A stretch of DNA of 64,000 nucleotides from a virus. Its lineage: Duplodnaviria > Caudoviricetes. The DNA lies in the IMG/VR virus record IMGVR_UViG_3300009979_000004, positions 24,837 through 88,836 of that record. One strand, written 5' to 3'. Position numbers and translations under genes: made by a program. Positions 8,091 through 16,627 of this stretch are shown in pieces (the stretch's first letter is position 1; every line of letters starts with the position of its first letter). Under the pieces are notes generated by a model. The model saw only the letters and a list, made by a program, of their open reading frames with translations. It did no database searches and was not told the origin of the DNA.

Positions 8091-8302
8091 CTCACTTACC
8101 ACCGGTATATGCTATATACAAGAATCCATCAGACTATCCCAATAGATTTGTACTAAGGAGATGGATCGGTACAATGCCAGATGATGAACCATTAGCTGTA
8201 GAAGATGACCTGGATAGTTGTAGGGATAAATTACCAGAAGGACTGGTAAAAATGAAACCAGATTATTTCGAGGATCCTGTAATTTTGGAAGTCTGGATGT
8301 AA
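8087..8302 (+). CDS. hypothetical phage protein
   Basis: ATGA overlap; YKNPSDYPNRFVLRRW motif. Confidence 0.7.
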   Translation: MTHLPPVYAIYKNPSDYPNRFVLRRWIGTMPDDEPLAVEDDLDSCRDKLPEGLVKMKPDYFEDPVILEVWM

Positions 8303-8339
8303 AATAGGAATCTACATTTATAACACTAAAACATACCAC

Positions 8340-8501
8340 ATGTCAAAATTTGCAACTCTATTTGTTATATGGATCGTAGTGAACATAGGAATACTGATAG
8401 GACTGAAATTATTATCCAGCTTTAGCAACATTGATATATTGTTGTTGTCCAGCATTAACTCCTTGGCAATACTGTACATCGCTAACGAATCAAAAAGATA
8501 A
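8340..8501 (+). CDS. 53-aa membrane protein
   Basis: Translated by eye: MSKFATLFVIWIVVNIGILIGLKLL...NESKR. Confidence 0.6.
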   Translation: MSKFATLFVIWIVVNIGILIGLKLLSSFSNIDILLLSSINSLAILYIANESKR

Positions 8502-8502
8502 T

Positions 8503-8868
8503 ATGGATATGAAATACTTATTTGTACCGTATCATCTGGCAGTATTGGCTAGAGATAATGGGTTTGATGAAAAGTGCCTGGCAACTTTTGAGAGAAAAGA
8601 TTACGGTCTGGAAGAGGTATCAGAAGAACCCGTTTTAGAAAATCATAACAGCGAATTGTATGAGTGTGATGCACCACTATATCAACAACTGGTACACTGG
8701 TTCAGGAAGAAGTATAATATCCATATTCATTGCTCTTATCTGTATGGATCAGCAAGTGTAGAATATTGGTATTTTATGTGTGATGCGAATAATAGCATGA
8801 AGCAAATCCAATGTGATACCATGATTGAAGCTCTTGAAAGAGCCTTTAAACTAATACAAAATGGATAG
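8503..8868 (+). CDS. hypothetical Bacteroidota phage protein
   Basis: ATG at 8503 follows the stop of the 8340 gene; FVPYHLA..GFDEKC and APLYQQLVHWFRKKYNIHI motifs. Confidence 0.7.
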   Translation: MDMKYLFVPYHLAVLARDNGFDEKCLATFERKDYGLEEVSEEPVLENHNSELYECDAPLYQQLVHWFRKKYNIHIHCSYLYGSASVEYWYFMCDANNSMKQIQCDTMIEALERAFKLIQNG

Positions 8869-9169
8869 CAATCAAATCTCAGAACTGGTCTATAAACTAT
8901 TTGTATCAATGCTTTTCCTCGCATTCATAGTGCTAAAGTTATGCCAGGTAATCAACTGGTCCTGGTGGTGGGTTACAAGCCCGGTATGGATCAACTTTCT
9001 TCTAATTGTTCTTATCGAGATAACTGTACGATTATTCAAAAGAGAAGAAGAGCAGGAAGATGCAATTGAAAACAATGAGCTTGAAAAAGATAAGTACAGG
9101 CTATATATTCATACAAAGAATTATAAGCAAATCAGAAAAGAAATAGAGAAGAAAAATATAAACCCATAG
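8861..9169 (+). CDS. small phage membrane protein
   Basis: FIVLKL..VINWSWWWVTSPVW membrane motif. Confidence 0.75.
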   Translation: MDSNQISELVYKLFVSMLFLAFIVLKLCQVINWSWWWVTSPVWINFLLIVLIEITVRLFKREEEQEDAIENNELEKDKYRLYIHTKNYKQIRKEIEKKNINP

Positions 9170-9173
9170 TTCT

Positions 9174-9431
9174 ATGCAAAAAGGAGAAAATAAAATACCG
9201 ATAGCAGAAGAGTTCGCTAAGTCTAAAGGCTTGTTAAAGTCATCAATATTAAGTATAAAAGGAGAATATTCTAATTATGATGCAATGATAGAGTTTGCAA
9301 AACTTCATGTAGAAGCTGCTTTGAAAAACGCAGGTGATAAGTATATCAATGCAGAAACTCATGAAAGTGATAACTCCGAATACTTAAAGGAAGTTATTAT
9401 AAACGCTTACCCTTTAACAAACATTATATGA
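9174..9431 (+). CDS. hypothetical phage protein
   Basis: MIEFAKLHVEAALK...IINAYPLTNI motif; in operon. Confidence 0.7.
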   Translation: MQKGENKIPIAEEFAKSKGLLKSSILSIKGEYSNYDAMIEFAKLHVEAALKNAGDKYINAETHESDNSEYLKEVIINAYPLTNII

Positions 9432-9712
9432 AACCAGGAGAATACATAGTAATTAAAGTAGCTGATATAGAGGAGAAGATAAAAATGTTAGATGATGCAA
9501 TAAAAAGTAAAAAGTTCAATGTTCAAAATACCTGTAATATGATAGGAGGTATAGTTGCCCTTTCTGATATACTCTCCAATCCCAAAGACCTTTATGATGT
9601 AATAGAAGATTCTTTCTATGCTGGTAGACTTGAAGAAGAAAATACTCCTATCATATCAACAGGTCTACAATATGAATTAGCTAAAGACTATCTAAAAAAC
9701 CTAGAAATATGA
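9428..9712 (+). CDS. hypothetical phage protein
   Basis: ATGA overlap. Confidence 0.7.
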   Translation: MKPGEYIVIKVADIEEKIKMLDDAIKSKKFNVQNTCNMIGGIVALSDILSNPKDLYDVIEDSFYAGRLEEENTPIISTGLQYELAKDYLKNLEI

Positions 9713-9906
9713 ATCAAAAATTGAGTGAAGATCTTACAGAAGCCAGAAGAAAGTTAAGCAGATCAATTGCTAACTGTGAAGACATTAATGTGAAGCTTGA
9801 TTATCTGACTTATGATTTTATCCTTATGAACTTTCTTGACTTTGTGAATAAAGGAGTAGATGATATGAGTACTGAAATTCTACGTCTTAGGAAAAAACTA
9901 CAATAA
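9709..9906 (+). CDS. hypothetical helical protein
   Basis: ATGA overlap. Confidence 0.65.
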   Translation: MNQKLSEDLTEARRKLSRSIANCEDINVKLDYLTYDFILMNFLDFVNKGVDDMSTEILRLRKKLQ

Positions 9907-9914
9907 TACAAACT

Positions 9915-10208
9915 ATGAGAAAAGCAAAGAATATAACACAAGCCTGGGACCTTGAGATAAATACTAAGGCCTCTGCTCACAATGAACCTCGTGCTATTAT
10001 TAACTGGAAAGCAACTAATGTATGTATGGATGTATATTGTAAGTGTGGGACCAGATTCCATATAGATAGTGATTTCTGCTACGCAGTACAATGTCCTAAA
10101 TGTGCAACCTTCTACGCATGTGGGAGCAGGATTGAACTCATAGAACTGGAAGAGAATCCTGGAAACTTTTGTACCGATAACCATTGGGTAGACTACGATA
10201 AACTCTAA
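9915..10208 (+). CDS. zinc-ribbon protein
   Basis: CKCG and CPKC pairs. Confidence 0.7.
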   Translation: MRKAKNITQAWDLEINTKASAHNEPRAIINWKATNVCMDVYCKCGTRFHIDSDFCYAVQCPKCATFYACGSRIELIELEENPGNFCTDNHWVDYDKL

Positions 10209-10218
10209 AATCATCATA

Positions 10219-10410
10219 ATGTCAACATTTCGCAAAGAACTGGAAGAAGTGATCAATAAGTACTCTAAGGAGAGTGACAGCAATACACCTGATTTCATCC
10301 TTGCAGAGTATCTGAATAATTGTCTTAATGCCTACAATTTAGCAGTACTGAAAAGACATCAGTGGCATGGACAAAAGGAATCAGATATATTTCCTAAATT
10401 GCAGGCCTAA
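10219..10410 (+). CDS. hypothetical phage protein
   Basis: SNTPDFILAEYL motif. Confidence 0.7.
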   Translation: MSTFRKELEEVINKYSKESDSNTPDFILAEYLNNCLNAYNLAVLKRHQWHGQKESDIFPKLQA

Positions 10411-10419
10411 ACAAAATCT

Positions 10420-10698
10420 ATGTCAGTAATCATCGAACCACTATTAGAAACAGAATGGGATTATGCAGTCCTGCACAGACAAAGTGGACCACCACTCCTG
10501 TTAGAGAGAAAAAGTTCCAGGATAAATGTATCGCTGGGAAGTTCCATAATAGAGATATGTGTGAAAAAATGTCCACATCCCATTCAAAAAGACAAGCTAG
10601 CTTCTGTAATGCACATGATTCCCATCTCAGATGTTTCCGGAGCATCTTACTATACAGAATCAATGATTGAAGAAGCTAAAACTCTAACAGCAGTATGA
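10420..10698 (+). CDS. hypothetical phage protein
   Basis: 92-aa ORF in operon. Confidence 0.6.
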   Translation: MSVIIEPLLETEWDYAVLHRQSGPPLLLERKSSRINVSLGSSIIEICVKKCPHPIQKDKLASVMHMIPISDVSGASYYTESMIEEAKTLTAV

Positions 10699-10919
10699 TT
10701 TTGATACAATATACAGATGGGATCAGTCCCGATGATTTCAAGATAGAAGTAGATCTTACACAGGTTGGATTTTCCACAGAAGAATATTCTGGAAAGAAAT
10801 TTGTGGTAATGATCAGAGATGGCAATTACCAGGTTGAAGACAGGGAAACGAACTCCATTATTTTAGGGCGGTTTCCAATTTCAGCTTCCATATTCCTCGA
10901 TAAAAGAACTGATACTTAA
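10695..10919 (+). CDS. hypothetical phage protein
   Basis: ATGA overlap. Confidence 0.65.
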   Translation: MILIQYTDGISPDDFKIEVDLTQVGFSTEEYSGKKFVVMIRDGNYQVEDRETNSIILGRFPISASIFLDKRTDT

Positions 10920-10931
10920 AACTATTTAAAC

Positions 10932-11453
10932 ATGGATCGCAGCGAATTGACCTATCACAGATCTCCAAGATTTGTTCTTAAGAGCAGTAACATCAAACGG
11001 TACATTGATATCCTTATAGGAGATTATAAATTTCATGGTGACGAACAAGCGGGCAGCCCTCTTCTGGTTGTACTGGATGGTTTCACAGTGGCTTCGGAAA
11101 AGCAGTCTCAGGTAAGAACTTTCCTGATGGAAGAACCAGGAATAGAATTTTTCAACTGGTATATGAATCTGCATAAGGTCTTCGTACAGGTTATGCTGGA
11201 AGATAAATTCAGGACTTATAATCTGAGTAACTACGAGATCTACGTTTATAATAAACTCCTGATGATAGAAGGAAGGATTTATACACTGGATCAAATCAAG
11301 GGATTCATAGATCATTATACCAAGTATGATATTGTACAGGCACCTATAGAACCTATAGAGGATATGTCTGTATTCAAGATTGGATGTATTACTGTTTCTA
11401 TACAAGATATTAGAAAATTAGTGGCGTTTGCCGAGAAAGAGGGAGACCTCTAG
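10932..11453 (+). CDS. hypothetical phage protein
   Basis: 173-aa ORF with A-rich leader. Confidence 0.7.
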   Translation: MDRSELTYHRSPRFVLKSSNIKRYIDILIGDYKFHGDEQAGSPLLVVLDGFTVASEKQSQVRTFLMEEPGIEFFNWYMNLHKVFVQVMLEDKFRTYNLSNYEIYVYNKLLMIEGRIYTLDQIKGFIDHYTKYDIVQAPIEPIEDMSVFKIGCITVSIQDIRKLVAFAEKEGDL

Positions 11454-11536
11454 TCTGGTGTAGTTCAAGTTAGAACCCTGTATAGGTCCTGTAAAAAGGC
11501 TTCAGGCGGTTGGCAGTGCAAGTCTGCTCACCAGAA
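11454..11536 (+). ncRNA. tRNA-like RNA with an elongated anticodon arm (Tyr-GUA-like loop)
   Basis: Perfect 7-bp acceptor TCTGGTG/CACCAGA; D arm GTTC-AAGTTA-GAAC; T arm GGCAG-TGCAAGT-CTGCT; anticodon arm CCTG-tat-AGGTC-[CTGTAAAAA]-GGCTT-CAGG. Confidence 0.75.
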
Positions 11537-11558
11537 CTTAATATAAAAACTATATACA

Positions 11559-11816
11559 ATGTCAGAAAGAAAAGATGGTGCCCAGGTAAATGAAGAACTA
11601 ACCTTTGGACAAAAAGCTGTTGGCCTCACATTTAATCCAGGAGGTAATCCTTCTGTAAACAAGATCAAGAAACTATACGCAGATGTGATTGATGAACTGA
11701 ATGAAGAAAGAGAGAGAACAGAAAATCCTGAAGCTAAGAGACAACTGTCAGTAGCTATTACAGAAGCCCAGACATCTCAGATGTGGGCTGTGAAAGCTGT
11801 TACATGGCAATATTAA
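11559..11816 (+). CDS. Acb2/Tad1-like helical-hairpin protein (putative nucleotide-signal sponge)
   Basis: FGQKAVGLTFNP followed by RQLSVAITEAQTSQMWAVKAVTW, resembling the conserved second helix of Acb2/Vs.4/Tad1. Confidence 0.6.
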   Translation: MSERKDGAQVNEELTFGQKAVGLTFNPGGNPSVNKIKKLYADVIDELNEERERTENPEAKRQLSVAITEAQTSQMWAVKAVTWQY

Positions 11817-11924
11817 TATTTACTCATACAATCTAAAGTATAGAATCCTCGCTAGGTGTCTACCTTATGAGGTTTTTAGACGTAAAGAAATCAGAACACA
11901 CTTTTTGCCCTACAACACAACCTG

Positions 11925-11959
11925 GACCTCTTTTGATTTCTATCAGGAAGAGGTCTTTT
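11925..11959 (+). terminator. probable intrinsic terminator
   Basis: GACCTCTT...GAAGAGGTC hairpin followed by TTTT. Confidence 0.5.
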
Positions 11960-11969
11960 GTTATAAACT

Positions 11970-12275
11970 ATGAAGCGTAAGACATATAAGGATACTACAC
12001 AGTACAAACATCTCGCTGAGGGCGTTGTCAACTATCGTAATAAACTCTTACAATCTATCATTATGTATAAAGCAATTTGTAGAGTTATCTACAAGGAAGG
12101 TCCGTATTCTGTGACCAAGCAAATCTCTACTTTGGAGACCTACTATATGGTTTCTGACGGGATATATGTTTTCACTACCAGGGAATGCCCTGAGCTTACA
12201 CTTGAGGCCATACAGGCCGAAATGGAAGAATATAAATTCATGAGAAGAGAAAAGATCCGTGAAGATTCTGAATAA
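11970..12275 (+). CDS. hypothetical phage protein
   Basis: 101-aa ORF. Confidence 0.65.
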   Translation: MKRKTYKDTTQYKHLAEGVVNYRNKLLQSIIMYKAICRVIYKEGPYSVTKQISTLETYYMVSDGIYVFTTRECPELTLEAIQAEMEEYKFMRREKIREDSE

Positions 12276-12295
12276 AAACTCAATCAAATAATAAT

Positions 12296-12577
12296 ATGGC
12301 TAAATCAACAAAAGAAACCGTTCCAGAACTTATAAAAGAGATAGAGGATCTCCGAAAGGAGAACGCAAGGTTGGAAAACACCTTACAGGATATATACGCC
12401 AAGGAGCTGTCAGGCAGAGTAGAAGAACAAAAAACTATAAATAATGTTATTGAAGATTCCCTATTTGAGATAAAAGCTGCCAATAATGCTATAGTAGAAG
12501 CTATGCAAAATCTTGCAAGATTATTACATGCTAATGATCAACACCTGACATTAGTTATGACAGCCATGCAAAGCTAA
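12296..12577 (+). CDS. coiled-coil protein
   Basis: Heptad-like, charged sequence. Confidence 0.7.
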   Translation: MAKSTKETVPELIKEIEDLRKENARLENTLQDIYAKELSGRVEEQKTINNVIEDSLFEIKAANNAIVEAMQNLARLLHANDQHLTLVMTAMQS

Positions 12578-12594
12578 GGGTAGGCAAGCCCACG

Positions 12595-12621
12595 AGCCGT
12601 ACTTCACAGTGCGGCTTTTTT
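12595..12621 (+). terminator. intrinsic terminator
   Basis: AGCCGTAC-TTCACA-GTGCGGCT followed by a T run. Confidence 0.75.
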
Positions 12622-12651
12622 ATTCTATATTGCAACGAAACACACAACATT

Positions 12652-13110
12652 ATGACGCTTGAACAACAGAGAAAATCATTTGATGATTTCGTTTACAAAA
12701 TGCATACAGTCATGCTGAAGAAAGGAGATGACTATTCTAACGAAGACCGTTTATCCAACTTCAAGCTTGCAGGAAATATTTGTGGAATTAAGCCAGAGCT
12801 TAATTGTCTCAATCTTATTGCTACTAAAGTGGCTCGTCTGGGAGTGCTTTTGAACTCACAAAGCAGTCCACAGAATGAAAGTATACAGGATTCCCTGCTC
12901 GATCTTGCAAATTATACAATTCTATTAAGCATGCTATTGGAAGATACGAGATCAATGACTGTCAACTTAGAATGTAATTCGGGACTAAATATATTTCCTG
13001 ACAAACTGCGGGAGATAAAGATGACGAAGATTAAAGAAGAAGATCTTCATCCTCTAGGAGAGCAACCAGACCCCAATCAGCTCTATGGAAACAAGTCTAT
13101 GCCATTTTGA
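12652..13110 (+). CDS. DUF1599/Nmad1-like all-alpha nucleotide pyrophosphatase-fold protein
   Basis: KKGDDYS, ATKVARL and ESIQDSLLDLANYTIL motifs. Confidence 0.65.
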   Translation: MTLEQQRKSFDDFVYKMHTVMLKKGDDYSNEDRLSNFKLAGNICGIKPELNCLNLIATKVARLGVLLNSQSSPQNESIQDSLLDLANYTILLSMLLEDTRSMTVNLECNSGLNIFPDKLREIKMTKIKEEDLHPLGEQPDPNQLYGNKSMPF

Positions 13111-13141
13111 AAACAATTCTATGACATTTTAAAGATTACAC

Positions 13142-13369
13142 GTGAAAAAGAGTATAGTAGGCTACGTATGGTTTACCTCGACCAACTGTGTAGGCATCGT
13201 GCTAACCAGGACAGAGCAGGAAGAGTATAAAGCATTTATAGGACTGGCATCTGGCAAGAATATCCAAAGGGATATCAGGCAAATAGCGGACTGGGGAGCA
13301 AAGTTTCCTTATAGAGAAGCTATAAGCCTGATTACACAATTTGGCACCTGGATATCTCCTAAAGATTGA
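13142..13369 (+). CDS. hypothetical phage protein
   Basis: VWFT..NCVGIV and DI.QIADWGAKFP motifs; GTG start. Confidence 0.65.
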   Translation: MKKSIVGYVWFTSTNCVGIVLTRTEQEEYKAFIGLASGKNIQRDIRQIADWGAKFPYREAISLITQFGTWISPKD

Positions 13370-13405
13370 CAGAAATTATTTATATTTAAATCACAAATTC
13401 CCTAT

Positions 13406-13618
13406 ATGATAGAAGGCACTACAATAAAAAATGGCACCCTAAAGTTGATTCTTACCGGTACAGACGAGATTGACCGGGAGATTCTAAAGAAACTGAATGG
13501 CGCTACCTGCAAGTTGGTTAGTGACAATTTTAAAGTAGGAGACCGCTCTATAGCAGAAGGACTGCTTATAGAACTTGTTACTACTCCTACAGAGAGATCT
13601 AGAACAGAGAAAGATTAA
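13406..13618 (+). CDS. hypothetical phage protein
   Basis: 70-aa ORF. Confidence 0.65.
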   Translation: MIEGTTIKNGTLKLILTGTDEIDREILKKLNGATCKLVSDNFKVGDRSIAEGLLIELVTTPTERSRTEKD

Positions 13619-13623
13619 ATATA

Positions 13624-14289
13624 ATGAACCTTAAGGAAGAGTTAGGAGAATGGTATGAATTACTATCTCCTGAATTCAAGAAACCGTATATGGTAAAGAT
13701 CGGAAAGCAAATAACGCTTGATCTTTCCAGGATACAGCCAGCCTTATCAGATATACTCAGGGTATATAGAGAATGTCCACCTGCTGGAGTGAAGGTGGTC
13801 ATCATGGGACAAGATCCCTATTACAATGGAACTGCTGATGGATTTGCCTTTAGCACAAGAGCCAAAACTATTCCTGCTTCTTTAAGAGTGATCTTTAAGG
13901 AACTGGAGAGAACAGGGTATGGCTTAAGGACTAATGCAGATCTTACAGACTGGGTTAGTCAGGGAGTGTTTCTGCTCAATGCTTCGCTAACCACTACATC
14001 AGGAGTTGCAGGCGCTCATAAGAGTTTAGGATGGGAAAAATTCATACAGGCTACTCTTGCTCATATTATAAACAGAGATCAGCCTTATGTATTTATAGCA
14101 TGGGGCAGAGATGCTCAGAATATAATTGATAAAGCTACTGTATCCAAGAGTAGTAATTGGATGATCCTCAAAGGAATTCATCCTGCAGCAACACTCTATA
14201 ATCCAACACTGTCATTCGATACTAACCATTTCAATCTGACAAATGAGTATCTTGTACGTAACAATAAAACTCCTATCAAATGGGTATAA
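13624..14289 (+). CDS. ung: uracil-DNA glycosylase, family 1
   Basis: VKVVIMGQDPYY, QGVFLLNASLT, FIAWG and HPA motifs. Confidence 0.92.
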   Translation: MNLKEELGEWYELLSPEFKKPYMVKIGKQITLDLSRIQPALSDILRVYRECPPAGVKVVIMGQDPYYNGTADGFAFSTRAKTIPASLRVIFKELERTGYGLRTNADLTDWVSQGVFLLNASLTTTSGVAGAHKSLGWEKFIQATLAHIINRDQPYVFIAWGRDAQNIIDKATVSKSSNWMILKGIHPAATLYNPTLSFDTNHFNLTNEYLVRNNKTPIKWV

Positions 14290-14297
14290 TAAAACGT

Positions 14298-14459
14298 ATG
14301 AGGAACTTTTTGCGAAGTAAAAAAGTTATAAACACTCAGCTTTTTGCAGAACCAACTTCTAAGCCGGAGCGAAGCAACTCGGCTCCAAAAGCAATCGTAC
14401 CACCTTTTGGTTATGGTGGAGAAGGTCCGGAAAGCGCTGAGGAAATGAGAGCACTATGA
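14298..14459 (+). CDS. 53-aa ORF coupled to the DNA polymerase start
   Basis: Translated by eye: MRNFLRSKKVINTQLFAEP...EEMRAL; ATGA overlap with the polymerase gene. Confidence 0.45.
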   Translation: MRNFLRSKKVINTQLFAEPTSKPERSNSAPKAIVPPFGYGGEGPESAEEMRAL

Positions 14460-16627
14460 ACAACAAGATATATGTATTAGGACAGGCTCCTGAAGATGAA
14501 CGCTATGAAAACAGCTTATGGGAGAACTTTGTCCAGTGGGCATCATCTCTTAGAGAATTCCAGTTGGATATAGAGACTGATATCACCAAAGACTGGTGTA
14601 CCCGAAAGTTGATTACTATCCAGTTTGGGTCTTGTGATTGCTACGATAAAGTACAGTGGGTTATCCAGTGGAGTTCTCTGTCTGAAGAACAACAGCAATG
14701 GCTTAAGGTGTACCTGGAAGACAGTAGCAGAAAGAAGCTGATCCATAATGCTGCCTATGAGTATATCGTTCTTCGCTTTCATGGAATAGAAATTGATAAC
14801 ATCTATGACACCATGCTGGTAGAGAAGATCCTCAATGGTGGTATAGAGAATGAAAATTATGCACTGGCAGATATTTCTTACAAGTATGTAAACGTGAAGC
14901 TCGACAAGACAGAACAGAAAAACTTTGGAGACGATATTCTTACTGCTGACAAAGTGATCTATGCAGCTACTGATGTTACCTTTCTGGATTGTATTCGCAG
15001 AATGCAGCTTCCCGAGGTAGGAAGATGGAATCTTTATGCAGTGGTTGCTTTAGAAAATGATGTAGTGACTGCCTTTAGTGAAATCACTTATCATGGGCTG
15101 GTTATGGATGTTGCAAAGTGGAAAGAGAATGAATCGCTGGCACAGCCAATTGTAGACCAGGCTCTTCTAAGATTGAATGAATGGCTATTGAAGGATGAGA
15201 AGCTAAATACCAAAGCACATGAACTTGGATATCTGAGTAAAGAAGACCGGCTATTATACAATATGAATGCCCCTCAGCAAAAACGTGAGCTGCTTAGTCT
15301 GCTCTTTCCAAATATTCCCGGGGCCACTAAAATCATTCTAAAGAAATATCTATCAGAAAATCAACTCTCTGATGAGGATAGGGCACTGCTGGAAGGAGTC
15401 CAGGAGAAGAATTACATGCTACTGAATGAGCGTGTCATGAAACATCATAGGCAGTATCTTATAGAAAAGGACTGGCTGATTCCTGCCAATCAGGTGAAGC
15501 TCAACTGGAATAGTACTACTCAGGTACTTCCTCTTCTAAAAGCTGTTCATCCAAGGCTCAGGGATCTGTCGGAACAATCTGTTGCTAAGACAACCCACCC
15601 GGTATTTGCTGACCTCTCTGAATACAAGGATAGTCTGAAGCTTATTAGTACCTATGGACAGAAATTCATAGACGATCATTTGGAGTGTGATGGAAGAGTT
15701 AGAACTGAGTTTAATCAGATTGTCAGTACAGGTAGGGTAAGTTCCAAGAGACCAAACTTCCAGAATATCCCTGCTAAGAAATCTGTCGGTACACGTTATC
15801 GTAATGCGTTTGTATACGAGCCAGGATGGGTATTCGTAGATAGTGATTACATCAGCCAGGAACTAGTGCTAATAGCTTATGCTTCCAAAGATCCGGTATG
15901 GATGGAAGCTATAGAAAAAGGACAGGATCTTCACAGCGTATGTGCAGAACTTGTATATAAGAATAAGTGGAAAGATGCTGCAGATAATAACTGTGATTAC
16001 TATACGAAGGGAAAGCAAAAGTGTAACTGTAGTCGGCATAAAACCCTTAGGGATTCTGTAAAGACCGTGAATTTCGGTCTGGCTTATGGGATGAGTGAAA
16101 TGAAACTCTCTGCTACTACCAAGACTTCTATACATGAAGCTGCTGCACTTATTGAAGAATACTTCAGGGTATTTCCAAATATTGGCAGGACATTAAAATA
16201 TTTTGGTACCTTCGGAGTTCAGAGAGGTTATATACAAACGCTTCCACCATTTCTTAGAAAGAGATGGTTCCCATACTGGAAGCTAAGTAGGGCAAACATA
16301 GAAACTCATCTCAGGGGAGTTGATTATGATCATAATCTTGGAGCAATAGAAAGGCAGTCTAAGAATCTTCCGATACAGGGAGCAGCTGCGGATATTACCA
16401 AGACTGCTATGGTTATGATCTATCAATATATCAGAGAACATGGTATGAAAGACAAGGTACACATAGTAGCTCAGGTACATGATCAGATTACTACTGTATG
16501 CCGGGAAGAAATCAAGGAAGAATGGAAAAGTTCCCTGGATAAACTCATGTGTGATGCAGCTAAATTTGTCATACCTACCGGAATCTTAAAAGCGGACACT
16601 AATATCTCAACCACATGGACCAAGTAA
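14456..16627 (+). CDS. polA: family A DNA polymerase with 3'-5' exonuclease
   Basis: Exo motifs LDIETD, HNAAYE, YAATDV; polymerase motif A DSDYISQEL, motif B KTVNFGLAYG, motif C QVHDQ; NLPIQGAAADITK. Confidence 0.95.
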   Translation: MNNKIYVLGQAPEDERYENSLWENFVQWASSLREFQLDIETDITKDWCTRKLITIQFGSCDCYDKVQWVIQWSSLSEEQQQWLKVYLEDSSRKKLIHNAAYEYIVLRFHGIEIDNIYDTMLVEKILNGGIENENYALADISYKYVNVKLDKTEQKNFGDDILTADKVIYAATDVTFLDCIRRMQLPEVGRWNLYAVVALENDVVTAFSEITYHGLVMDVAKWKENESLAQPIVDQALLRLNEWLLKDEKLNTKAHELGYLSKEDRLLYNMNAPQQKRELLSLLFPNIPGATKIILKKYLSENQLSDEDRALLEGVQEKNYMLLNERVMKHHRQYLIEKDWLIPANQVKLNWNSTTQVLPLLKAVHPRLRDLSEQSVAKTTHPVFADLSEYKDSLKLISTYGQKFIDDHLECDGRVRTEFNQIVSTGRVSSKRPNFQNIPAKKSVGTRYRNAFVYEPGWVFVDSDYISQELVLIAYASKDPVWMEAIEKGQDLHSVCAELVYKNKWKDAADNNCDYYTKGKQKCNCSRHKTLRDSVKTVNFGLAYGMSEMKLSATTKTSIHEAAALIEEYFRVFPNIGRTLKYFGTFGVQRGYIQTLPPFLRKRWFPYWKLSRANIETHLRGVDYDHNLGAIERQSKNLPIQGAAADITKTAMVMIYQYIREHGMKDKVHIVAQVHDQITTVCREEIKEEWKSSLDKLMCDAAKFVIPTGILKADTNISTTWTK

